Part shown: positions 28,750 to 37,660 of the stretch, one piece after another
Layout of the letters: the number at the start of each line of letters is the position of its first letter
How positions within the stretch are numbered: position 1 is the first letter of the stretch
Assembly (NCBI GenBank): GCA_963778415.1
Contig: CAVZUI010000002.1
Coordinates: forward strand, 124,643 to 188,642
Direction: 5' to 3'
Source: an uncultured Acidimicrobiales bacterium
GTDB lineage: Bacteria; Actinomycetota; Acidimicrobiia; Acidimicrobiales; VFJN01
Length of the DNA: 64,000 bases
Position numbers and translations under genes: made by a program
Notes under the pieces: generated by a model
The model's input: the letters and a program-made list of their open reading frames with translations, nothing else
What the model was told of the DNA's origin: nothing
The model's database searches: none

Positions 28750-29466
28750 ATGTCCGCCGCACCGCTGGCGGCTACCGACCCGTCGCCACGCTCGACGACG
28801 CCGCTCGCGTGCCACGTTCATCACCCGCGTCTACCAGCACCTGCTGCGTCGCCATCGGCGCCTTCGTCCTGTTCGAGGCGCTGCTCATCAACCTCGGGGT
28901 GGCCGAGGCGATGTGGGACTTCGTCGCGTCAGCAACGGCGCCGCCTGGCTGCTGCTCCTCGGCGGCTTCATGATCGTCAACTGGCTGGCGACCACGGCGG
29001 CCCACGACGTCCTCGACCCGTCGCGGCAGTACGCCGGTCTGTTCGGGCTGGCGGCCGCCCAGGCGCTCATCTTCGCCCCGTTCCTCCACTACTTCTTCGA
29101 GGTGCAGCCGAACGGCGACATCGACGGTCGTCGCGGCCGCGCTGATCACGGCCGCCGGGTTCGCGGGGCTCACGGCGGTGGCGTTCGTGACCCGGCGCGA
29201 CCTGTCGTTCCTCCGGCCGCTGCTGCTGTGGGGCGGCGTCAGCGCGCTCGTGCTGATCCTGGCCGCGGTCGTCTTCGGCCTCTCGCTCGGCGTCTGGTTC
29301 TCGGTGGCGATGATCGCCCTCGCGGGTGGGTCGATCCTCTACACGACCCAGACGATCATCCGGCGCTACCCGGCCGAGGCCTACGTCGGCGCCTCGGTGC
29401 AGCTCTTCGCCGTCGGTGATGCTGCTGTTCTGGTACGTGCTGCGGCTGGTCGGCCAGCTGCGCTGA
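28750..29466 (+). pseudogene. Bax-inhibitor-1 / YccA-family membrane protein, frameshifted as sequenced
   Basis: Pieces: ORF 28638..28973 (VAIGAFVLFEALLINLGVAEAMWDFVA), ORF 28913..29419 (NGAAWLLLLGGFMIVNWLATTAAH...QYAGLFGLAAAQALIFAPFLHYF), ORF 29178..30125 (AFVTRRDLSFLRPLLLWGGVSALVLILAAVVFG...GGSILYTTQTIIRRYPAEAYVGASVQLFA). The tail SVMLLFWYVLRLVGQLR* ends at 29466. The start is uncertain. Confidence 0.7.
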
Positions 29467-29469
29467 CCC

Positions 29470-30171
29470 GCGACCCGGTCCGACCCGAACGGCGCTCCGT
29501 CGAACCGGTCGACGACCGCCCAGTCCGCCACCGGCGCCCGCGTGAGCCGGCGGGGCTGCCGCACCGGGTGCCCGAGGACGATCACGGCCGCCAGGGCCAT
29601 CTCGTCCGGCGCGCCCAGCAGCGCCTTGACCTCCTCCTCGCGGCGGGTGGCGATCGTGGTGATGACGCCGCCCAGCCCCTCGGCGCGGGCGGCCAGCAGC
29701 AGGTTCCACGCGAACGGGTAGATCGAGGCGCCGCCGACGAGGCCGTACCGGGGCAGGTCGCGGTCGATGGTGGCGAGGGCTTCGAGGTCGGCGAACAGGG
29801 CGAGCAGCACGGGCACCTCGTCGAGCTGCTCGGCGAAGCCCGCCCGGGCCCGCGGCCGCCTGCTCGGCGATGGCCGGGACCTGCGCCAGGGCCCGGGCCT
29901 CGGCCTCGCGGTCGGCCAGCGTCGGCCCCAGGGCGTCAGCCCGGCCGAGGCCAGCGCCAGGTACGGGTACCAGCCGTCGAGGTAGAGGTCGCGGAGGTGG
30001 CGGCGGGTCTCGGGGTCGCTGGACCACCACGACCCGCCAGCCCTGCCGGTTGCCGCCGCTGGGCGCGAACCGAGCCGTGTCGAGCACGCGGGCCAGGACG
30101 TCGTCGGGCACCGGCTCGTCGGTGAACTCGCGTACGGCGCCGGTGGTGCGGAGGGTGTCGATCAGGTCCAT
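29470..30171 (-). pseudogene. nitroreductase-family protein, frameshifted as sequenced; 3' end not resolved
   Basis: ORF 29356..30180: MDLIDTLRTTGAVREFTDEPVPDDVLARVLDTARFAPSGGNRQGWRVVVV. ORF 29067..29816: VLLALFADLEALATIDRDLPRYGLVGGASIYPFAWNLLLAARAEGLGGVITT...LAAVIVLGHP. No in-frame stop lies near the expected end. Confidence 0.7.
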
Positions 30172-30219
30172 CGGCGGCACGGTAGGCGAACTCCCGAGGT
30201 CGGGGTTGCCCTTCGATCG

Positions 30220-30236
30220 ATACCCCCATAGGGTAT
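30220..30236. promoter_or_regulatory. CsoR-type-like pseudo-palindromic operator ATACCCCCATAGGGTAT
   Basis: Inverted arms ATACCC / GGGTAT. Sits 4 nt upstream of the GGAGG SD (30241-30245) and 17 nt upstream of the ATPase ATG 30253. From memory, it resembles the TACCC-N5-GGGTA style copZA/cso operators. Confidence 0.5.
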
Positions 30237-30252
30237 GAGCGGAGGTTTCGAC

Positions 30253-32425
30253 ATGCCGAGCTCACCCGTCCACACGCACGAGGAGGCCGTCGCCGAGCGG
30301 GCCGGTCAGCGCGGACACCCGTCGGGCCCGAGGCGCACCGCCACGGCGACCACGCCCACGACCACGCCGGGCACGGCGACCACGCCGGGCACGACCCGGC
30401 CATCTTCCGCCGGCGCTTCTGGCTCAGCCTCGCCCTGACCGTCCCGCTCGTCGTGACCAGCGAGATGGTCATGGACTGGTTCGGCTACACCCTCGACTTC
30501 CCCGGCATGAGCTGGCTCGGCCCGGTGCTGGGCTCGGTCGTGTTCTGGTGGGGCGGCTGGCCGTTCCTGGCCGGCGGGCGTGGCCGAGCTGCGGGCCCGC
30601 CAGCCCGGGATGATGCTGCTCATCACGATGGCGATCGTCGTGGCCTACGTGGCCTCGATGCTCACGAGCCTCGACGTGCTCGACCTCGAGTTCTGGTGGG
30701 AGCTCGCCGCCCTGGTCACGATCATGCTGCTCGGGCCACTGGCAGGAGATGAAGGCCATCGGCCAGGCGCAGGGCGCCCTCGCCGCACTCGCCGCCCTGC
30801 TGCCCGACGAGGCCGAGCGCATCGGCCCCGACGGCGAGCCCGAGACCGTCGCGCTCGCCGAGCTGGCGCCGGGCGACGTCGTGCTGGTGCGCTCGGGCGG
30901 GCGGGTTCCGGCCGACGGCGATCATCGCGAGCGGGACCGCCGAGATGGACGAGTCGACGATCACCGGCGAGTCGCGCCCCGTGCCCCGGGGCGAGGGCGA
31001 CCCCGTCGTGGCCGGGACGGTCTCGACCGACTCGGCCCTGCGGGTGCGGGTCACGGCCGTCGGCGACGACACGACCCTGGCCGGCATCCAGCGCCTCGTG
31101 GCCGAGGCCCAGGCCAGCGGCGGCCGGGCGCAGGCGCTGGCCGACCGGTTCGCGGCGCTGCTGTTCTACGTCGCCACGGCCGCCGGCCTGGTCACGTTCG
31201 TCGTGTGGACGGCGCTCGGCGACGTCGACGAGGCCATCGTCCGCACGGTCACGGTGCTGGTCATCGCCTGCCCCCACGCCCTCGGGCTCGCCATCCCGCT
31301 CGTGATCTCGCTGGCCACGGCGGTGGCGGCCAGGGCCGGCATCCTGGTCACCGACCGGCTGGCGCTCGAGCGGATGCGCACGGTCGACGCCGTGCTGTTC
31401 GACAAGACGGGCACGCTGACCAAGGGCGCCCACGTGGTCACCGGCGTGGCGGCCGACCCGGCCTCCGGGCTCGACGACGACCGCGGTCGTGCGGATCGCC
31501 GGTGGCGTCGAGTCCGACAGCGAGCACCCGCTGGCCCGGGCCATCGTGGCCGCGGCGGCCGAGCGGGGCGGCGCCCGTCCCGCGACCGGACTTCCGCTCC
31601 CGGCCCGGCCGAGGCGTCGAGGCCACCGTCGACGGCGTCGCCTACGCGGTCGGCGGGCCCGCCCTGCTGCGCGAGCGGGCGCTGGAGGTGCCCGCGGCCC
31701 TGCGGCCCGCCATCGACGGGTGGGTCGCCCGGGGTGCGGCCGTGATCTACCTGGTGCGCGGCGAGCGCGAGGTCGTCGGCGCCCTGGCGCTCGAGGACGA
31801 GGTGCGGCCCGAGGCCCGGCAGGCGGTCGCCGACCTGCAGCGCATGGGCGTCGAGGTGGTGATGATCACCGGCGACGCCCGCCAGGTGGCCGACGCCGTC
31901 GCCGCCGACCTCGGCATCGACGAGGTGTTCGCCGAGGTGCTGCCCGAGGACAAGGACCGGGCGGTCGCCGAGCTCCAGGCCCGGGGCCGCACGGTCGCCA
32001 TGGTGGGCGACGGGGTCAACGACGCCCCCGCCCTGGCCCGGGCCGACGTCGGCATCGCCATCGGCGCCGGCACCGACGTCGCCATCGAGTCGGCCGGCGT
32101 CGTGCTGGCCGGCAGCGACCCGCGCGGCGTGATCGGCGTGATCCGGCTGTCGCGGGCGTCGTACCGCAAGATGGTGCAGAACCTCGCCTGGGCGGCCGGC
32201 TACAACGTCGTCGCCATCCCGCTGGCCGCCGGCGTGCTGGCGTGGGCGGGCATCACGCTGTCGCCCGCGGTCGGCGCCATCCTGATGAGCGTCTCGACGA
32301 TCGTGGTGGCGGCCAACGCCCAGCTGCTGCGGCGCCTCGACCTCCGCCCTGGCGAAGCGGAGGACCGGGCGCCGGCCCCACGGGAGCCCGAGGACGTGCC
32401 GGTCGGCGTGGGAGCGGCGCAGTAG
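30253..32425 (+). pseudogene. copB: copper-transporting P1B-type ATPase, CopB-like (His-rich N-terminus, CPH motif), multiply frameshifted as sequenced
   Basis: His-rich HRHGDHAHDHAGHGDHAGHD is seen in one frame around 30330-30390. TM motif VIACPHALGLAIPLV, LFDKTGTLTKG (ORF 30945..31745). MITGDA, MVGDGVNDAPALARADVGIAIG (ORF 30749..32425). At least 6 frame changes. Confidence 0.85.
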
Positions 32426-32501
32426 CCGCTCGTCCGCGCCATCCAGGCCGGGTCGACAGCCGTGGTGCTGCCGCCCTGGTCGGGATGCCTGGCTCGGCTG
32501 C

Positions 32502-32923
32502 TCAGCCCGCGACGTCGTCGGTCGCCGCGGCGACCCGGCGCGGGCCGAGCAGGCGGGCGAGCGTGGCCGGGCTCCCCGTCCACGCCTCGTCGAGGACGGC
32601 GCGTGGCACCTGGCGGGCCGCGTAGCGCAGGGCGAGGGCGACGACCACCACGTCGTCGAGCGGCGCGATGACCGGAAGGAACTCGGGGATAGGTCGATCG
32701 GCGAGAGGCACCACAGGGCCGCGAACCCGACCGCCAGCTTGGCGCGACGGGGCACGTCGGGATGGCGGCGAAGCGCCCGCGTCGTCTGCACGCAGTTCGG
32801 GAGGAACGCAGCCAGCTCCTTGAGCGTGCCGTCGGGGAGGCGGGCGGCCAGCACGACGAGGACCGCCCACGAGGCCAGCAGCGCGCCGCCGCAGACGAGG
32901 AGGCCCTCGACCCAACCGGCCAT
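32502..32923 (-). pseudogene. DUF1232 (YkvA-like) membrane protein, one frameshift as sequenced
   Basis: ATG 32923: MAGWVEGLLVCGGALLASWAVLVVLA...RRAKLAVGFAALWCLSPIDL. Joins ORF 32502..32915: IPEFLPVIAPLDDVVVVALALRYA. Shift near 32690. Confidence 0.65.
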
Positions 32924-32993
32924 CAGGCGCTCACCCTCAGCCGATCGCCACGATCGGGCGACGGTGGACACCATGCTGACGTCACAGTCGTAA

Positions 32994-33024
32994 CTACCCT
33001 AACAGGTGAAGTAGGGTCACCCTC
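32994..33024. promoter_or_regulatory. ACCCT / AGGGT inverted-repeat cluster upstream of efeO (candidate operator)
   Basis: ctACCCTaacaggtgaagtAGGGTcACCCTcc. An additional perfect palindrome TGACGTCA lies at 32976-32983. The GGGAGGGG SD is at 33047-33054. Confidence 0.3.
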
Positions 33025-33057
33025 CACAAGGCGGCAGATCCACTTCGGGAGGGGCAC

Positions 33058-34018
33058 GTGCTCCGTCATCGTTTCCTCGCAGCTCTCGTTCCCGGTGGCG
33101 CTGATCGTCGCCGCCTGTGGCGACGACGACGGCGCCGACGTGCGCAACATCGGCGACGAGTGCGACGGCTCGGGGTCCGCCGGCGGCTCGGCCTCCGGTG
33201 GTCGGCGTCGTGCCTCGGGCCGCGGCAGCGCCAGCGGCATCGCCGGCGAGGTCGAGGGCTCGACCACCGACAACCCGCTCGTCGACGACGCGGTGGCGGC
33301 CTACACGGCGTACGTCGACGAGCAGGTCGACGCCACGATCGCCGCCACCACGACGTTCACCGACGCCGTGCGCGCCGGCGACGTCGAGGCGGCCAAGGCG
33401 GCCTACGCCCCGTCCCGCCAGGGGTGGGAGCGCATCGAGCCGATCGCCGGGCTGGTCGAGGAGATCGACGGCACGGTCGACGCCCGCGTCGACGACTTCG
33501 AGAACGAGGACGACCCGGCGTTCACCGGCTGGCACCGCATCGAGTACATCCTGTTCAGCCAGAACACGACCGAGGGCGCGGCGCCGTTCGCCGACCAGCT
33601 CGACGCCGACCTGCAGACCCTGAAGACCGAGCTGGCCGACATCGAGATCCCGCCGGCCGCGCTGGCGGTCGGCTCGGCCGAGCTGATCGAGGAGGTGTCG
33701 ACCGGCAAGATCACCGGCGAGGAGGACCGCTACTCGGACACCGACCTGTGGGACTTCGCCGCCAACGTCGAGGGCTCCGAAGAGGCGTTCGCCCTGCTCA
33801 CGCCCGGCCATCGAGGAGGCGGACCCCGAGCTGGTCGGCCGAGATCGAGGGCCAGTTCGCCGAGCTCGACGACCCAGCTCGACGACGTACGAGGACGGCG
33901 CGGCGGCTACCAGCCCTACAGCGCGCTCACCGAGGACGACAAGACCGCGATGCAGACCACGCTGGCCGCGCTGTCCGAGAACCTCGCCACGGTGGCGGGC
34001 GTCCTCGGGCTCGAATGA
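33058..34018 (+). pseudogene. efeO: EfeO/EfeM-like imelysin (M75) iron-uptake lipoprotein, frameshifted as sequenced
   Basis: GTG 33058. Lipobox ALIVAAC|GDD after a shift near 33088. ORF 32762..34018: AAYTAYVDEQVDATIAATTTFTDAVRAGDVEAAKAAYAPSRQGWERIEPIA...GWHRIEYILF (HxxE)...ELIEEVSTGKITGEEDRYSDTDLWDF. Further shifts near 33810-33880. Confidence 0.8.
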
Positions 34019-35296
34019 CGGCGGCGGTGCAGGCGCGCACGATGACGGGCGTGAGCCGCCGCCGGTTCCTGGCCGGCGGGCTGGCGTCCACGGCTGCGGT
34101 CGGCCGGCGTCGCGCCGGCGCCGCGGCGCTGCGGCGGCGACGGCGACGAGGGCGGCGCCTCCGCCGACCGGCGGTCGCGGGCCCGCAGTACCTCGACTTC
34201 GAGGGCGCGCCACCAGACCGGCATCACCGCACCCCGCCAACGAGCAGGGCCTGCTCGCCGCGTTCGATCTCACCGCCGACGAGCCGCGACGAGGTCCGCG
34301 AGACGTTCGTCGCCCTCACCGACGAGATCCGGCGCCTCATGGCCGGCGACCCGTACGAGGACCGCGACCCCGCCTACCCGCCGCTCTACACCGGCACCGT
34401 CGGCAACCCGCCGCCGCCCGCCGACCTGTCGGTCGTCGTGTCGGTGGGCGCCTCGCTGTTCGACGACCGCTACGGCCTCGCCGACCGCCGGCCGGCCGCG
34501 CTCGAGAAGATGCCGTTCCTGGCCAACGACCGGCTCGACCCGGCCCGGTCCCACGGCGACGTGCTGCTCACCATCACCAGCGCCCACGAGGACATCAACC
34601 TGTTCGCCCTGCGCCAGCTGCACCGGGCCACCCGCGACACGATGGCGCTGCACTGGATGCTCGACGGCTACAACCGCCGCACGCGAGGCCCGGCCGGGCG
34701 AGGCCGGCAAGCGCAACCTGATGGGCTTCATCGACGGCACGGCCAACCTCGACCCCGGCGACGACGACGTCATGGACCGCTACGTGTGGGTCCAGGCCGG
34801 CGACGACGAGCCGGCCTGGGCCGTCGGCGGCTCGTACCACGTCGTGCGGGTGATCCGGATGCTCGTCGAGTTCTGGGACCGCACCCGCCTGTCCGAGCAG
34901 GAGGCGCTGATCGGCCGGCGCAAGGAGACCGGGGCACCGCTCGACGGCGAGGTCGAGACCGACGTCCCCGACTTCGCGGCCGACCCCGACGGCGAGGTCA
35001 CGCCGCTCGACGCCCACATCCGCCTGGCCAACCCCCGCACCTCGGAGACCGAGGACGACCTCATCTTCCGCGCCGGGCTCAGCTTCTCGCGGGGCTTCGA
35101 CGCCGCCGGCCAGCTCGACCAGGGCCTGGCGTTCGTGTCGTTCCAGCGCCGCATGGCGCAGTTCCTCAACACCCAGGCGCGCCTCGCCGGCGAGCCGCTC
35201 GAGGAGTACATCCGCCCCGAGGGCGGCGGGTTCTTCTTCGCCCTCCCCGGCGTGACCTCGGCCGACGGCTACCTCGGCGAGGGCCTGCTGGGCTGA
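34015..35296 (+). pseudogene. efeB: EfeB-like Dyp-type peroxidase with Tat signal, frameshifted as sequenced
   Basis: ATG 34015 overlaps the efeO stop (ATGA). Tat signal MTGVSRRRFLAGGLAS. GAHQTGIT and LLAAFDLTA are each in different frames near 34200-34280. ORF 34721..35296: MGFIDGTANLDPGD...GGSYHVVRVIRM...FRAGLSFSRG. Confidence 0.8.
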
Positions 35297-35400
35297 GACC
35301 GAGCGGGTTGGGCGCTCGGCACAGCCCACGCGGGGGACTTGGTCCCCCCGCTACAGCCGGCCGACAGGCAGCACCGACGGACCGAGACGGCGTGACCGAT
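35297..35400 (+). repeat. family-2 intergenic repeat, copy E (begins immediately after the efeB stop)
   Basis: GACCGAGCGGGTTGGGCGCTCGGCACAGCCCACGCGGGGGACTTGGTCCCCCCGCTACAGCCGGCCGACAGGCAGCACCGACGGACCGAGACGGCGTGACC. Contains hairpin GGGGGAC-TTG-GTCCCCC (35332-35348). Confidence 0.8.
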
Positions 35401-35427
35401 CCGGCACGTTCTGATCGCGGCGCGAAA

Positions 35428-35655
35428 AACGGGTGCGATCGGCCCGGTCGTTGGTACATTGCGACCACCAGAGAAGGGAGGTGGTCCAAACATGAACGAC
35501 GGTAGACCTGGGACCCTGGAGGTGGCTGGCCGCTAGAGCGGTTGGTCGGACCACTTTGGTGGAAACCATCCAGTCCACCGCCTGATCGATCGCTGGGGAC
35601 TCGTCCCACCCGGAGCAAGTACACCGGTCGGTCAGGTGCTTCCGACAGATTCGTG
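35428..35655. ncRNA. candidate structured small RNA or leader-like element of unknown class (strand unresolved)
   Basis: GC is about 63% by hand count, against ~72% in the flanks. Hairpins overlap one another: GACCACC (35463-69) / GGTGGTC (35480-86) / GGACCAC (35547-53) / GGTGG (35557-61) / TCCACC (35572-77). No convincing ORF on either strand. No match to any RNA family I can recall. Confidence 0.25.
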
Positions 35656-35684
35656 CGGAGGGAGGCCTTCAGGGCCTCCCTCCG
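35656..35684. terminator. perfect 12-bp hairpin CGGAGGGAGGCC-TTCAG-GGCCTCCCTCCG downstream of the P450 gene
   Basis: Read directly from the sequence. Lies 20 nt past the 35704 stop on the minus strand. No U-tract on either strand. Confidence 0.6.
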
Positions 35685-35703
35685 TCGCGTCCGCTCGACC
35701 TGC

Positions 35704-36945
35704 TCAGCGGCGGGTGACGGTCGTGGGCAGGCGGGCGAAGCCCCGGACGTTGGCCGAGTGGACGCGCTCGGCGCCGGCCTCGTCCACGTCGTAGTCGGAC
35801 ACCCGCGCCACCACCTCCTCGAGCGTGACGCGGGCCTCGAGGCGGGCCAGCGAGGCGCCCAGGCAGAAGTGGCGCCCGACGCCGAAGCTGGCGAGCTGGG
35901 TGTCCTGGGCCCGGTCGAGGTCGTAGCGGTCGGGATCGGGGAAGGCGCGGGGGTCGCGGTTGGCCGAGCCCAGCAGCAGCACGACCTTGCTCCCTGGCCG
36001 GGACGACACCGCCGTGCAGGGCGATGTCCTCGGTGGCGGTGCGCACGATGAACTGCGACGACGTGTCGTAGCGCAGCGTCTCCTCCACCCAGTCGGGGAT
36101 GCGGGTGGGGTCGGCGAACGGCTTCGACCGCTCGTCGGGGTTCCTCCACCCCCAGTACCAGGCGTGGCCCAGCAGCTTGGTCGTGGTCTCGTTGCCCGCC
36201 ACGACCATGAGGAAGAGGAAGGCGATGATGTCGTCGTCGCGCAGCCGCTCGCCGTCGAGCTCGGCGCCCGACGAGCGCGGAGGTGAGGTCGCCGGCAGGC
36301 CGGCGGCGCCGGTCGGCCACGAGGTCGGCGTAGTAGGCGACCAGCTCGAGCGTGGCCTCCATCCCGGCGACGGGCACGTCGCGCAGGCCCGGGCTCGCGG
36401 TGCAGCACCAGGTCGGCGAGGCGGCGCAGCTCGTCGCGGTCGGCCGGCGGCACCCCCATCAGCTCGGACACGACGTCCATCGGCAGCTTGCCGGCGAGGT
36501 CCGCGATGAGGTCGAAGTCGTCGCCGCCGTCGAGCGCCCGGTCGAGGTGGGCGCGGGCGAGCGCCCGGATGTCGGGCTCGAGCTGCTCGACCCGCCGGGG
36601 GGTGAACGCCCGGGACACGAGGCCCCGCATCCGGCCGTGGCGGGGCGGGTCCATGGCGATGAACGAGCTGGTGCGGTGGGCGTCGGGGCCGTACGCAGAG
36701 GCGTCGAGGCTGACTCCGTACGAGGAGGACAGCCGGGCGGTGTCGCGGAAGCCGTCGATCACGTCGGCGTGACGGGACAGCGCCCAGAAGTCCTCGTCTG
36801 CGTTGTGGAACAGCGGCGCCTCGTCGCGCAGGCGGGCGTAGGTGGGGTAGGGGTCCTCGTGGATGGCGTAGTCGTAGGGGCTGAACCGCAGGTCAACGTC
36901 GGTGCCGGTCCGACGCCTGTGCCGGCCTCGCTGGCGCTCGGTCAC
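35704..36945 (-). pseudogene. cytochrome P450, frameshifted as sequenced
   Basis: GTG 36945 overlaps the TetR stop (GTGA). ORF 35704..37455: PYPTYARLRDEAPLFHN...FIAMDPPRHGRMR, and the heme loop FGVGRHFCLGASLAR. ORF 35669..36208: MVVAGNETTTKLL...EETLRYD. ORF 35166..36377: MEATLELVAYYADLVADRR. About 4 shifts. Confidence 0.85.
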
Positions 36946-37582
36946 GGGCGGTCCCCGATCACGAGGCGGGAGAGGGTGGCGAGGCGGTCGCCGAGGGCGT
37001 CGTAGGCCATGTGGCCCATGCCGGCCCGCAGGAGGGCGCCGGCCAGCATGAGGTCGACGGCGTCGGCGAGGTCCGCCCGGTCGGCGGCGTCCGCGCCGCC
37101 GGCGGGCCCGGGGCCGGTCGGCATCGAGCGCGGCGAGCACCCGCCGGTGGACCTCGGCGCCGATGCGGTCGCGCAGGTGGTGGACGTCGGGATCGGGCCC
37201 GAGCAGGGCGGGGGTCGACGCCGCCGCCAGCGCGGGCTCGGCGGCCACGTGGTCGGCCAGGGCGCGCAGCGCGCCCGCCACCCGCTCGTGGGCCGGCGCC
37301 GCCCGGTCGAGCTCGGGATCGGGCAGGGCGCGCAGGCGGCGCCAGAACACCTCGGCCACGAGGTGGGCCTTGGACGTGAAGTACGTGTAGGCGGTGGCCG
37401 GCGCCACGCCCGCCCGGCGGGCCACCGAGCGGACGGTCAGGCCGTCGTAGCCCACCGCGGCCAGCTCGGCGAGCAGCGCCTCGGTCAGGCGGCGCGACGG
37501 TGGCCGCCTGACGCGGGGAGAGCCGGCGCCGGGTGGCGTCGCGGCCGGCCGCCGCCTCGTCGATGGACACCAGACTGGACAT
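36942..37582 (-). pseudogene. TetR-family transcriptional regulator, frameshifted as sequenced
   Basis: ATG 37582: MSSLVSIDEAAAGRDATRRRLSPRQAATV. HTH: GYDGLTVRSVARRAGVAPATAYTYFTSKAHLVAEVF (ORF 35704..37455). Tail in ORF 36942..37124. About 2 shifts. Confidence 0.8.
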
Positions 37583-37590
37583 GTGTCCAG
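37575..37590. promoter_or_regulatory. palindrome CTGGACA-TG-TGTCCAG (candidate TetR operator) overlapping the TetR start codon
   Basis: 7-bp perfect arms. Sits in the divergent region between TetR (ATG 37582, minus) and the oxidoreductase (GTG 37661, plus). An extra half-site-like GGACAC lies at 37565-37570. Confidence 0.45.
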
Positions 37591-37660
37591 ACACTAGTTG
37601 CCCGCAACCGCGGACGCCGGTTCGGGCTCGGGAGGGCGGTGCGGACGTAGGCTCCCCGTC

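Noticed and set aside
35470-35490. Minus-strand GGACCACCTCCCTTCTCT resembling the 16S rRNA 3' end (GGATCACCTCCTTTCT), considered as a possible rRNA fragment
   Set aside because: The similarity covers only about 18 nt. It is the expected mirror image of a strong SD on the plus strand. The flanking sequence does not match helix 45 or any other part of 16S that I can recall.
35269-35578. Minus-strand ORFs of 74 and 75 aa in the non-coding island
   Set aside because: There is no SD or start context. The composition is not protein-like (runs of R/S/P/C) and no family resemblance is apparent. They overlap the family-2 repeat.
35575-35600. CCTGATCGATCGCTGGGGA loosely resembling the ACCUGAUC...GGGA part of a TPP riboswitch
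   Set aside because: The CUGAGA element and the P2/P3 helices are missing. No downstream gene lies on that strand.
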